A stretch of DNA of 64,000 nucleotides from a virus, in the IMG/VR virus record IMGVR_UViG_3300037225_000932, positions 96,001-160,000 of that record. One strand, 5' to 3'. Below the pieces are notes generated by a model. That model searched no databases, was not told where the DNA came from, and saw only the letters and a list, made by a program, of their open reading frames with translations. This document shows, piece after piece, positions 19,682-29,715 of this stretch (its first letter is position 1; each line of letters starts with the position of its first letter). The translations under genes and the position numbers were made by a program.

Positions 19682-20302
19682 TTATTTCAGGGTAATTTCG
19701 ACCGTTACGAAACCGACATTATCTCCAAGACTACCATCGCTATCATTCCCTCTTAGTTCTAAAAGACCATCCTTTTCGACTGTCAAAAGATATTCCTTGC
19801 CGATTACAAAATGTTCTCCACCGGCAACCCTTCCAATTAAAGGAAAACCATCTGGCCCAGTCATTTTATCAGGACCGGCTGAAGACCATCTCCCAGTAGC
19901 TGAAAAATGAAGTTTTTGCCCTTTTCGTACCAGTCCGACCTTTTGCCATGCCTTATTCGCCTCTACTCTAAAAGTTATATGTCTGTTTGGCCCGTCATCC
20001 AAAAGAGAGATTTCTATCTCAAGTTGCTGTTTAAGAGTTGAGAGTTTTGTTATCTCAGTTGTATCTGCCGTTTTGGCAGCTTCAGTAATACCAGCATCTA
20101 TAGCAATCAAGAGTTGTCGTTTAGCAGCGAGACAACTTTGCCGGTAGGCTTTCTCTGCCGCGTCGATGGCTTTCTGGGCCGTTTGGAGAGAAGCCTTGAT
20201 TCTGGAGGACTTCGGGGCGTCCGATGCGTCTGGGGTAATCGTAGAGGCACTGGAGACAACTGCGAAAACGAGCAAAATTGCGAGTAAAATGGAAGTGCGC
20301 AT
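19682..20302 (-). CDS. Secreted protein with coiled coil and C-terminal LecA/PA-IL-like beta-sandwich
   Basis: Signal peptide; V.AN..WQ..G...GQ.L.FSATGRW...LIGRV...DN.G motif. Confidence 0.65.
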   Translation of the reverse strand: MRTSILLAILLVFAVVSSASTITPDASDAPKSSRIKASLQTAQKAIDAAEKAYRQSCLAAKRQLLIAIDAGITEAAKTADTTEITKLSTLKQQLEIEISLLDDGPNRHITFRVEANKAWQKVGLVRKGQKLHFSATGRWSSAGPDKMTGPDGFPLIGRVAGGEHFVIGKEYLLTVEKDGLLELRGNDSDGSLGDNVGFVTVEITLK

Positions 20303-20404
20303 AGATAAACTCCTTAGTATAAGACAGGAGTTTAGAACTTTATAGTCAAAAATCAGGGCAAAAAAAAGAAAAAAGGGGATAACCGACTATAAGCCGGTTG
20401 GAAA

Positions 20405-20695
20405 TCACTCACAGGGAACAGAGACCTTACCCTCTGTTGAATGATACCAACGGGCCGCAAAGATACGCATAGCGAGCATTAAAGATCCTTCCCCATATTT
20501 CTCTTCAATTTCCTTCTGAATTGCCTTATAGTCGCCATTACTGGCGGCGAAATGACGCCCAATGAGATTATTGATATCCCACGCTTCTCGATAGGTAATC
20601 ATTGAACGACGAGCAGAGCCAGGAAAACGTTGCCGGGGATTTTCTCCCGTATCCGAGCCGGCGGGGTCCGTAATTTTTCTTGTATCTATAAACAT
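20405..20695 (-). CDS. Hypothetical protein
   Basis: Motif promoter and AAGGA RBS. Confidence 0.6.
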   Translation of the reverse strand: MFIDTRKITDPAGSDTGENPRQRFPGSARRSMITYREAWDINNLIGRHFAASNGDYKAIQKEIEEKYGEGSLMLAMRIFAARWYHSTEGKVSVPCE

Positions 20696-20774
20696 AGCTC
20701 GTTTTCCTTTCAAGAAATTAGAACTTTATTTGATTTATCAGGGTATTTATTTTTTGCGCAAAAAAAATCGCTTT

Positions 20775-20987
20775 TTAAGCGATTGCGATAGCCATAGCGA
20801 TTTTTCCAAGTTCTGTGACGAATGGGACTTGGAATGGAACTTGACCATTAAAGCCAATGTAGTCCCTCGCCGCGAAGAAGTTAGTCATCGAACTACTCAA
20901 AATATACTTAGGATTTTTCAGAAGCTCCTTTAGTTCGCTGGCCTCACAACTCGTTAAATCTTCGCGGCTGTTTTGATTTTCTGTCAT
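20775..20987 (-). CDS. Small leaderless protein, paralog of 19451-19660
   Basis: Sequence similarity; ATG 6 nt after TTCTAA. Confidence 0.7.
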   Translation of the reverse strand: MTENQNSREDLTSCEASELKELLKNPKYILSSSMTNFFAARDYIGFNGQVPFQVPFVTELGKIAMAIAIA

Positions 20988-21034
20988 ACTTTTTTAGAAC
21001 TTTATTCGATTTATCAGGGAGTTTATTTTTGCAC

Positions 21035-21208
21035 AAAAAAAACCCGCCGTCAGGTTCGCATCCTGAGCCAGGCGGGACACCGGACTCTCAATAGTTTCGG
21101 AAGGGCGTGTTGCCGGTAAACAACCGTTCCTACTGCCTTGACATTCTTGGCGGAAGACCCTTACGATAAAAGGCAGACTCTCGCGGGTTGGCCTCTTCCG
21201 TGCTTTCA
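21035..21208 (-). ncRNA. Pseudoknotted small RNA, family B member 2
   Basis: Promoter and terminator. Stems CGGAAG/CUUCCG and ACCC/GGGU; pseudoknot CUGCCUU/AAGGCAG; conserved CUUCYGCCRAGA. Confidence 0.6.
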
Positions 21209-21495
21209 ATCCTTTAGAACTTTTTTGTAGATTTCGGGGAGATTATTTTTTGCGCAAAAAAAACCCCGCAAAACAGCGGGGCCTTTTCATAATTTCCCAA
21301 TGAATCAGAATATTAAACCCGGAATGTATTTTTGTTTGGGGGGGGAACTACGGCCAATCCATGCCTTGCTCCTTTTATATTCATTCTACAGTTAGCCTTT
21401 TCTTTTCAATTAGCTTTCTTCTGAAATGGGGGGTTTTAGTTCTTAATAGGGCACCTCACTTTCATTACATTATCTATATTACTCTTGTTTAGAAC

Positions 21496-21696
21496 TTATT
21501 GAGTTTTTTCAGGGAGATTTCGCTTCTTTTCTTCCGACTCCAGAAATGCGACAACGAAAGCCTCATTTGCTAGATTATGACGGAAACCATTTGGCATAAC
21601 AACTACAATTACGCCATTAGCTTCCGGAAAACAAGGCACTGGCTTACCCGTTTTGCGGGCAATCTTAAAGGCGTGATCTTCATTTGTGAATTCCAT
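21496..21696 (-). CDS. Small leaderless hypothetical protein
   Basis: ATG 6 nt after TTCTAA. Confidence 0.6.
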   Translation of the reverse strand: MEFTNEDHAFKIARKTGKPVPCFPEANGVIVVVMPNGFRHNLANEAFVVAFLESEEKKRNLPEKTQ

Positions 21697-21738
21697 GATA
21701 TTTTAGAACTTTATTAAAATTATCAGGGACGAATTTAA

Positions 21739-21978
21739 TTACAATCTAGATGCCTCTTCTTTAGTAATCCCCATATCCGCCGTGATCCTGCGAAACAAAT
21801 TACAAACAGTAACAAGGAAAGAAGTATTATCACCAGCCACCAAACGAACCTCGACCGTGCCCTTATGATGAACGGACAAAACCTCAACTAATACCCACAA
21901 CACTCCAAGGTTATATCCAACCTCCAAGAAGTAATGTCCACCAGGGATAACCCTAGTTTGATGAATGTAATTGACCAT
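21739..21978 (-). CDS. Small hypothetical protein
   Basis: Motif promoter and AAGGA RBS. Confidence 0.55.
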   Translation of the reverse strand: MVNYIHQTRVIPGGHYFLEVGYNLGVLWVLVEVLSVHHKGTVEVRLVAGDNTSFLVTVCNLFRRITADMGITKEEASRL

Positions 21979-22427
21979 TTTTGTTCCTTTTTCGTTATTC
22001 GTTTAGAACTTTATTAAAATTATCAGGGGAAACGAAATCCCCAATAATATGCCAATAAAGCCATAAGAGAAAAAACGAGAGCAAGAAGAATGAATTGACG
22101 AGAAATGTAAGTCCTCATAGAGAGTGTAGAACTTTATGAAAAAAATCAGGGAGATTATTTTTGCGCAAAAAAAATAAAGAAGAGACATCAACTGTCTCTT
22201 CTTTATAAGAAAAAGACTTTTTATCTAAATACCGGGCAAACGATAAATGATAAAAGTTTTGCCCAGTCAGGAGGCTGGAATACTTCCAGGTCTGACTGCC
22301 TTTTTCTTTACAATCGTTTAGAACTTTATTTATTTTATCAGGGAGAATAATTTTGGCCAATAAAATACTCTCCCTTGCTATCAGGAGAGTATCTTCTCTT
22401 TTCTTTAGTTTTCCTCAGTTTTGCTTC

Positions 22428-22925
22428 TTAGTCAGCGTTGAAAATCTCTTCGCCCTGGGCCAGCGTGCCGGCCAGGTCGGCTTCCGTAGCATCAGAGACG
22501 CCCGCGTCCGCTTCCGTCATCGCCGGGCTCGGAGCCGGAGCGATAGTCGGGGCCAAAGGCTCGACCGTTCCGACATTCGCAGTCGCCGGAGCAGTCGCCG
22601 GAGTCTCCGTCTTGGGCTTGGGGATAGGCTTGGCGTTCAGCATCGAAGCTAAGGCGGTGAGCTCTTCAGTGCTGAGAGCGAGGGTGGCCAGCTTAGCCTT
22701 GACGTTCGCCTGGGTCTCGGCAGCCTTGAACTGGGGCAGATCGGCCGTGCCGTTCAGAATGCCGACTTCGCGGCAAATCCAGGTAACGCCGGCTTCTGCC
22801 ATCTTCGCCATATCGGCGATGATGCCGCCGGCCTTATCCTTATCATCGACGATACCCTGGAAAGTCTCGATATCCCGATGCCCGCGACCAACCGAAATCT
22901 TGCTCTGCGTAAAAATCCCAAACAT
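22428..22925 (-). CDS. GRG-motif family protein with an Ala/Pro/Thr-rich tail (paralog 1)
   Basis: VGRGHRDIETFQGIVDD; leader nearly identical to that of 29078-29476; GC-rich codons. Confidence 0.7.
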   Translation of the reverse strand: MFGIFTQSKISVGRGHRDIETFQGIVDDKDKAGGIIADMAKMAEAGVTWICREVGILNGTADLPQFKAAETQANVKAKLATLALSTEELTALASMLNAKPIPKPKTETPATAPATANVGTVEPLAPTIAPAPSPAMTEADAGVSDATEADLAGTLAQGEEIFNAD

Positions 22926-23000
22926 TTTCGTATCCTTTCCTAAAAGTGGTTTATCGTTACAGTAGTTTAGAACTTTATGGCTGATTTTCGGGGAGAATTA

Positions 23001-23225
23001 CTATCTGTCTTTTTTCAAGATACTAGCAGCGTATGACCTTGGAATATTATGTAATTCCATGCCAAAATCACAAAAAGACAAACGAGAATGAGTAAAAACA
23101 GAAATCCTATCGCCTATCGAGGTTCGATATTCCTTAAACAAAAGAATACCGTTTCGATAGATTTTCGTTACATTCTGTCCTTTTACGGAAGAAAAACCCA
23201 TCGGCATTTCTACAGTTCTGTTCAT
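23001..23225 (-). CDS. Small leaderless hypothetical protein
   Basis: ATG 6 nt after TTCTAA. Confidence 0.6.
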   Translation of the reverse strand: MNRTVEMPMGFSSVKGQNVTKIYRNGILLFKEYRTSIGDRISVFTHSRLSFCDFGMELHNIPRSYAASILKKDR

Positions 23226-23310
23226 AATGATTTAGAACTTTATTAGATTTATCAGGGAAGAAAAATTGCCCTGATATTTCCATTTAATATGTAAAGCAGT
23301 ATTTACCCAA

Positions 23311-23520
23311 TTAACTTGGATAAAATCCAGTTGCCTTGTTAAAACAAAATCCATCAGCAACACATTTTGTAAACTTATAAACAATAATCTCTTGGCCTGT
23401 TGGAGAAAAATAACCAATTTGATATCCATTTCTCCAATCTGAATAGATTTTGCCCTTCATTCCCAAAATCTTATCCAGATATGCTTTTGCCTCTTCTAAT
23501 GTATCAAAGTCCTCTTTCAT
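23311..23520 (-). CDS. Small leaderless hypothetical protein
   Basis: ATG 6 nt after the TTCTGA variant. Confidence 0.6.
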   Translation of the reverse strand: MKEDFDTLEEAKAYLDKILGMKGKIYSDWRNGYQIGYFSPTGQEIIVYKFTKCVADGFCFNKATGFYPS

Positions 23521-23567
23521 ATAATATCAGAACTTTATTAGATTTATCAGGGAAATAATTTTTTCGC

Positions 23568-23722
23568 AAAAAAAAGAGAGCCCCTTACTCGTTTCCTGAA
23601 GCAACAGGAAACTTTTAGAGGCTTGCTTCATCCCTAAAAATCGCAGCACATTCGCCAGCTTAATCAGGGAAGTCTCTTTATAGTCCTAGAGTATCTAAAC
23701 TGTTCGGACTATCATTTGTCTG
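23568..23722 (-). ncRNA. Structured small RNA cassette
   Basis: Promoter; AUAGUCC/GGACUAU and GUUUCCUG/CAGGAAAC stems; U-run end; no credible ORF. Confidence 0.45.
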
Positions 23723-23759
23723 AAATATTTAGAACTTATTGGAAAAATTCAGGGAGAAC

Positions 23760-23960
23760 TTAGTGGCTTTCTCCCCTATACTTGCGGATTTTCTTTGGCC
23801 GATTGATCATCTTTGGGCGAGTGTGCGAACCTGTCCGGTCCTTTGACATTCGCTTACCTAAAAGCCTCAAATCGTAAGCTTCCTGGGCTTTTGGAGAAAT
23901 AAGACCAGAAAAAGGAGAAAGAATTGACAAATAGCCAGAAGTCTTATCGAGTGTTTTCAT
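23760..23960 (-). CDS. Small basic leaderless protein
   Basis: ATG 6 nt after TTCTAA. Confidence 0.55.
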   Translation of the reverse strand: MKTLDKTSGYLSILSPFSGLISPKAQEAYDLRLLGKRMSKDRTGSHTRPKMINRPKKIRKYRGESH

Positions 23961-24087
23961 ATTGGTTTAGAACTTATTAGAGATTTTCAGGGAGAAAAAT
24001 TATGAACAAAAAAAATCTCACAAACCGTCGTTTGTGAGAGAGGACATCTTATAGTCCTCAGTAGTATATTTAGTTTTTTTGAGGATT

Positions 24088-24255
24088 TTAATCCTCATTC
24101 GTCACAATTTGTTCCTTCTTAACGATACGAAGGCTAGTGCCGTCCGACTTCTCGACAGCCACTTCCTTGCCCTTCGGGTCTCGCCAACCGCAAACCCGCA
24201 TCGGAGCCGACAACGTTCCGTTACCCTCATTCACTCGAACCAAAGTCTCAGCCAT
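24088..24255 (-). CDS. 55-aa hypothetical protein (not in the ORF track)
   Basis: MAETLVRVNEGNG...; AAGGA RBS, promoter and terminator. Confidence 0.6.
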   Translation of the reverse strand: MAETLVRVNEGNGTLSAPMRVCGWRDPKGKEVAVEKSDGTSLRIVKKEQIVTNED

Positions 24256-24319
24256 TTTCGTATCCTTTCCTTGTTGGTGTTGCTGTTTTAGAACTTTTTA
24301 GTTTTCTTCAGGGAAAAGT

Positions 24320-24536
24320 AAATAGGTGTGCTATTACGCCAAAGGGAGGGGTTAAACCAGCAATTTCACCCTACGGGTCTTGCCCGCCTTGTCATCTTCC
24401 AAGCACCCTTTGCGAATTGTCGGCAACTACTGGTGAGTTTATGCCCATATTCGCATTGCTACAAAGGCTTGGAGACTACCCACTCATTAAAGATGGCTGC
24501 TTCTAAGCCTACTTCCTATTTTTCATTTTCCTTAAC
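24320..24536 (-). ncRNA. 23S rRNA GTPase-associated-centre (H43/H44, uL11-binding) mimic RNA with a ~140-nt insertion
   Basis: Minus strand reads AUAGGAAGUAGGCUUAGAAGCAGCCAUCUUUAAUGAGU...GCGUAAUAGCACACCUAU, matching 23S nt ~1051-1108. Closing helix AAAUAGG/CCUAUUU; own promoter. Confidence 0.8.
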
Positions 24537-24552
24537 ATTCTTTTAGAACTTC

Positions 24553-25735
24553 TTAGTTTTCTTCAGGGGGATAACAAGATGTATTTGCGTTTTCCTTCCA
24601 TTCTTGCGCATTATTGGCAATAATGATGGGGACTTGCCTAGACGCCCAAATATGTCCATCAACTCCAATTCCAAACCACCGACGACCAATCCCAAAACCT
24701 TGATACTTAGTATAAATACCAATTTTGCTTTTTTCGTTCAAACAGACGCAACCAACCGGAATCTTATTTTCTTCATCACAATTAAAGGCTGACATTTTTA
24801 GTTTTCCTTTGTTGCTGTTTTAGAACTTTTTAGTTTTCTTCAGGGGGAAAGATTTACTTATCAAAGTCAAAATAACTTGACTATCACTTTATCCCCAACC
24901 TTGAGATCTTTCCACCCGTTTTCTGACATGCTAAGATAAAGATAATATTCCTCAATTTCATCGTCAAGCTGGAGACAAACCGAATCAGGATCACCAAGTC
25001 CATCTCCGTGAATACCAACTTTAATTACCCTTGCGGTCATTTCTTTTACTGCGGGAGCCTGAAATGGATGATAACGTTTCATTGTTTTATCCTTTATTAC
25101 TTTAGAACTTTATCTCTTTTTTCAGGGAAATATTTTTTATAATAAAAACACTCTCTTTAACCCTACGACTCTCAAATATGGAGAGGAGGATCAAAGAGAA
25201 GTTTATCTAATAAGGGAGTCTGTTATACTTGTCGCTCATTATATCAGACTCAGCCCTTTATTTTTGTTATGACCTATTTTTTACAAATTCGGTGAGATAT
25301 TATTTTTAATCCAAGCATTCATCCCCTCAAGAACGGTATCCCGATTACCCGTAAACCCAAATTCTCGCTTAGCAATCGAATAAACTGACTCACCCTTGCG
25401 CCGCAAACCCCGTATTTCAAGCTTCAGTGCGGCCCGGAGAATAAGAATACGTGCATTCTTAACCTGTCGTTCGCCGCTGATTACGATCGCTTTACTTTCC
25501 ATTTTCTTTCCCTTTCAAGGATTATTGATTTAGAACTTTATAAAAAATTTCAGGGATTTTTATCTTCCCACTCAAATTTGTCCTTACCTTCATAAAGAAA
25601 ATCACCAATGTCACAAACAGATTGAATTTGTTCTTTCAATTGGTGAAATTCATTACGTAGTTTATACGTTCCTTCGCTTCCCCAGCAATAGTTATACAAC
25701 ATTTCAACAATTCGACGTGCAGCTTGTTTTTCCAT
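24553..25735 (-). other. Four single-gene cassettes (24553-24795, 24867-25082, 25281-25502, 25550-25735), small hypothetical proteins
   Basis: Each has a motif promoter and AAGG/AGGA RBS. Confidence 0.6.
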
Positions 25736-25790
25736 TTTTCTTTCCCTTTCAGTGATTTAGAACTTTGTTTAATTTTTCAGGGTAAACATA

Positions 25791-25999
25791 TCTATAAACA
25801 GAGACACCCTCATATATTTTCTTCTAATCTCTTTCCCAAGAAAAAAAGAAGAAAATGAGGGTGATGGGAAATAGAGACTTTTTAATTGACCGTAGGAGAC
25901 TCGAACTCCTATATCCACCTTAATATTCGGTGGCGTCTTACCAAGTTTAAACGAACGATCTGGTCTCTACTCTCTGTGCCTTACGGCATTCATTAGTAT
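25791..25999 (-). ncRNA. Three-way-junction RNA family A member 1, containing a tRNA-Glu-like domain (25886-25961)
   Basis: P1 ACAGAGA/UCUCUGU, P2 UAGAGAC/GUCUCUA, P3 CACCCUCA/UGAGGGUG, linker-loop UUUCCCA/UGGGAAA. T-arm AGGAG-UUCGAGU-CUCCU; 9-nt anticodon loop. Confidence 0.7.
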
Positions 26000-26018
26000 A
26001 CTGCTTTAGAACTTTCTT

Positions 26019-26844
26019 TTAAATTTCAGGGAGAAATTGTTGATCTCTATTATATCGAATATTTAACCACTCTATAAGATGAAAAGCCTCAAAAAGAGTA
26101 AACCAATGAAGAGGAAAAGAGTGCGTCCAAGCATTATCTGAAGATAAAGTTTGATCAGTAGCTTTTGCCCTGATGATTATAACCATACCATCAGTATTAT
26201 CTTCATAAAATCCTGGACCACAAATGTATACTCTTTCTCCGCAAAGAGTATATTTATACACAAGACCGACTGTAGTAGTTTTCATCTTTTATCCTACTTT
26301 CAAGATTTTAGAACTTTATCTATTTTATCAGGGTATTTTTTGCGCAAAAAAATATCCTCAAGGTGGTGGCACCATCCTCAAGGATATATTTTGTTTTTCT
26401 CGGGGCCTTACTTTAGGCTCTCGGGGTTAAGTAGGACACCCTGAGCAGCCATGTCAGCCCTGAATGCCTCCCGATTGACCGGCGGATTAAGGTGCTGAGC
26501 CAGCTTCTTCGGCTTCTCAGGGATGATATACCCAACTCCGCTCGTAAGAACCCGAACACCCTTACCCTGCCGATGGCCAAATTCTGTCATCATTTTCGTA
26601 TCCCTTTTCTGTTAGTGGTGCTATTTTAGAACTTTTAGTTGTTTTTTCAGGGAGAAATCGGTTGAACCATATTAAAAGTTAAATATTGGTTCAAAGCAGG
26701 ATTGTCTTTATCATTAACGGGATCACCGTTTTCATCTTCATAATCAACTTGATCGCCAGCCACAAACTCCTGATTAACCCAATTTCCAACTTCAGAGTTA
26801 AATGTCTGAACAACGAAACCAGTTGTGATTTTCCTGATCTTCAT
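26019..26844 (-). other. Three single-gene cassettes (26019-26285, 26408-26593, 26647-26844)
   Basis: Motif promoters and RBSs. Confidence 0.6.
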
Positions 26845-26901
26845 ATTAGTATCCTCTTTCGGTGCTGTTTTAGAACTTTATGAAGCTTTTCAGGGAGCAA
26901 C

Positions 26902-27384
26902 TTACCATTTCGCTCCCATCTCTTTAGCCTCATCAAAAGCATTCCAGAACTTAAACTCTTTATTAGTAAGAATGCTAATGGCTTTCTCAGCATCCCTCTC
27001 AGTAAATCCAACATCCTTATTAGTTTGGACAAAATGCCTTAAAACTAAATCTTTCTTAATAGTATCATCCTTGGGATTAAAATCATCTAAAGGCCAATCA
27101 TCAAGAACAACCCAGTTCTCAGGTTTATTTTGCTCAACCCAAAACAAAATCTCATCTAACCGATTACCGTTATCAGAAGTTATTCCAACAAAAGGAATAT
27201 CAAAAACCTTAAAAACATCTTTTACCTGTTGAAGTGCGTTTGGCAGTGTTCGCCAAGTTGAAGAAAGAACTACAGAAGCATTCCCCTTTGAACAAACATT
27301 TTTAAGTAATCCTAAACGAATAGGATCAAGAGTTTGCCCATCTAGGCATAATACTCCATCAATGTCACAAAATATAACATTCAT
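26902..27384 (-). CDS. HAD-superfamily phosphatase of the Swiss-Army-Knife RNA-repair type
   Basis: FCDIDGVL, VLSSTWR and WVVLDD motifs; leaderless start at 27384. Confidence 0.8.
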   Translation of the reverse strand: MNVIFCDIDGVLCLDGQTLDPIRLGLLKNVCSKGNASVVLSSTWRTLPNALQQVKDVFKVFDIPFVGITSDNGNRLDEILFWVEQNKPENWVVLDDWPLDDFNPKDDTIKKDLVLRHFVQTNKDVGFTERDAEKAISILTNKEFKFWNAFDEAKEMGAKW

Positions 27385-27425
27385 ATTCATTTAGAACTGT
27401 ATTTAATTTTTCAGGGTAAATGAAT

Positions 27426-28133
27426 TTAAGTTTGTGGTAAAACAACATTAGGCCAAAACAAAATGATAAAATAAGTATCATCTTTAGTATCAGCATAATG
27501 CCATTTCCCATCAGAAATAGTTTCTAAATATTTTTCTTTTATCACTTCTTTTCCATCAATTGTTAAAAACTTAAAATCAGAAAGATAGGAAGAAAGATAA
27601 GAACCAGAAAAAATACCAACCGGAATATGATCTTCGTGATTTGTTCCTTCTTTGGTGATAAGAAACATTTTATTCACCTTTCAAATCAGGCAAAAGATAT
27701 CTCTCAATAATCTTAGCATCTTGCTCTTTACGGGAATAAATACCAAGAATAGCACTTTCACCAAAACAAGTAATAGAAGGAGATTTAGTGGGATTAGTTT
27801 TATCCCAACAAACATCAACCTTTCCAGCCCCAAGAACCATCTTTCCGTAAGACAGGTTGGCAATATCTTTATGATTTAGATCGCCAGGAAAAATGATAGG
27901 GATATCACCTTCAAGAATAATGTATTTTGGAAACATAATTATTGTCCACGAAGAGTTTTTACATAATCAACAATTTCTTGTTTTTCTTTTTCGTATTTTT
28001 CTCTTGGTGTTCCCAAAAAGGCCCAGCCTTTTTGTATCCAACTTGCTATTCTTTCTGGAGACCATTTACCTTTATACAAACCGCCTTTGTTTGTCACAAT
28101 GTCTTTTATGAATTGTCGAGTGTTATCGTTCAT
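27426..28133 (-). other. Operon of three small hypothetical genes (27939-28133, 27670-27936, 27426-27677)
   Basis: Abutting or overlapping ORFs after a leaderless promoter. 27426 resembles 31639-31869 (PIG.Y/F...IDG......DGKWH). Confidence 0.6.
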
Positions 28134-28172
28134 ACTGATTTAGAACTTTATTTAGATTTTCAGGGCAAAAAA

Positions 28173-28523
28173 CTATTTTCTAAGCAAATAAAAACAAGGA
28201 GATTCAGGTGTTCCTCCTGCTGGAATCCATTCCTGCCATCCTAGCCTGCGAAAGAAATTCGCAAATCTTGGGGTTTGAACGTTTTCCACAAACAGGTTTC
28301 CCGGATAAACATCTTGAACAAATGACAAAAAACGAGTAAATCGTCCTTTACCTTGTTTCTTCACAGATATAGTGGCGATATCTAAAATGTCAATCATCTT
28401 AGGAGGATATCCTAAATATCGCCTACTCTTACGAATGTAGACATCAACATCTTTATCGTGTAACCAAGAATTACGCTTTTGAATATTTAGAAAATCAACC
28501 AATTGTTCTTCTACTAATTTCAT
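28173..28523 (-). CDS. GNAT-like acetyltransferase
   Basis: LDIATISV..QGKGRFT...FVENV...F..FF..LGW. Confidence 0.6.
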   Translation of the reverse strand: MKLVEEQLVDFLNIQKRNSWLHDKDVDVYIRKSRRYLGYPPKMIDILDIATISVKKQGKGRFTRFLSFVQDVYPGNLFVENVQTPRFANFFRRLGWQEWIPAGGTPESPCFYLLRK

Positions 28524-28829
28524 GATCTTTTAGAACTTTCTATTAAAAATCAGTGATTTTCTTATTATTTCTTGCTTATTTCAATAATGGTATCAGTTAT
28601 CTCTTTATCAAGAGATTGAAACGTAACAAGATCACTTTCAACATCAGAGATCCTATCCCTAATTCGATTAAGAAATAAAATAACCGAACTTACAGGAACC
28701 GCATCAATAGGACCACCAGTTGACCAATAAGTGTGTTTTTCTAAAATATCTTTAGTAAGCATCTTGTTTTCCTTTTCAGTGATAGATTAGAACTTTATTT
28801 CTTTTTTCAGGGCTTTTATTTTTGCGCAA

Positions 28830-28969
28830 AAAATAGTATCCGCCAGATATCGTGACGGATACTCTCAAGATTAGCAGTGTTTACTGGCGGAAGCTTAGTC
28901 TCACGGTTAGTCCCATTTCAGGATTCCCAGTAACTTAACTGCTTTATTTAGGAGCCAATAATTTGCTCC
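28830..28969 (-). ncRNA. Structured small RNA cassette
   Basis: Hairpin GGAGC/GCUCC starts at the predicted +1; stems AGCAGU/ACUGCU and UUACUGG/CCAGUAA; terminator GUAUCCG/CGGAUAC. Confidence 0.5.
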
Positions 28970-29077
28970 AATTCCTTAGAATTTTCTATTAAAAATCAGG
29001 GCATTTATTTTTGCGCAAAAAAGAAATCACCCCCAATTGAGGGTGATTTCTTTTACTTTTGAACGATTTAATCGCTT

Positions 29078-29476
29078 TTAGGCGACAACCGTTTCATTCG
29101 TCGCCTCGACGGCGGGGGGAACTGCGGGAGTCTCAGCCGTCTTATTCTTCTCCTTCAACATCTTCGCAAGAACTGCCAACTGGTCAGGAGTCAAATTGAG
29201 ATCATCCAACTTCTTCTGAAGAGCCAACTTGTCCTGCTCAGCCTTATAAGCCGGCAAATCGGTGACTTCAGCAAAAACCGGCAACGGCTCAACAACATAA
29301 ACCCGACCATCAACCGGCTTTGAATTGAGATGATTCACCATTTCAATTCCAACCTCCTTACTCTCGACCATCCCAAGAACCGTGCGAACCACCTTCATAT
29401 TGCTACCCCGACCAGGTGCCTTAGTCGTGTGCTTCTCGAAAACCGCCAAAACCGTCTTGCTCGACGCCGTGTCCAT
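29078..29476 (-). CDS. GRG-motif family protein (paralog 2)
   Basis: Closely similar to 47097-47534 (GRGS...RTV.GMV...HLNSK...VEPL..F.E.TDLPAYK.EQ). Confidence 0.75.
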   Translation of the reverse strand: MDTASSKTVLAVFEKHTTKAPGRGSNMKVVRTVLGMVESKEVGIEMVNHLNSKPVDGRVYVVEPLPVFAEVTDLPAYKAEQDKLALQKKLDDLNLTPDQLAVLAKMLKEKNKTAETPAVPPAVEATNETVVA

Positions 29477-29715
29477 CGTCGTATCCTTTCCTAAAAGGGG
29501 TTTATCGTTACACCCTTTTAGAACTTTAGCCCCACTTTTCAGGGAGATTTTTTTTCGCGCAAAAAAAAATACCCTCAAAGACAACAGTGGTGGTGTCGTC
29601 CTCAAGAGTATTATTGTTTTTTTAATATAATAAATTGCTAACGCAATTTATTATATTAAACTTTTTATGTTTTGTCAATATACTTTGTTCTATTTTGTTA
29701 AAAATAGTTTAAGTT

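Noticed and set aside
20994-21209. 71-aa ORF over family B RNA member 2
   Set aside because: It has a TTG start, runs through a strong terminator and the next promoter, and the conserved RNA structure explains the locus better.
24320-24521. Genuine 23S rRNA gene
   Set aside because: Only the ~58-nt H43/H44 domain matches, split by an insertion, with no flanking rRNA sequence.
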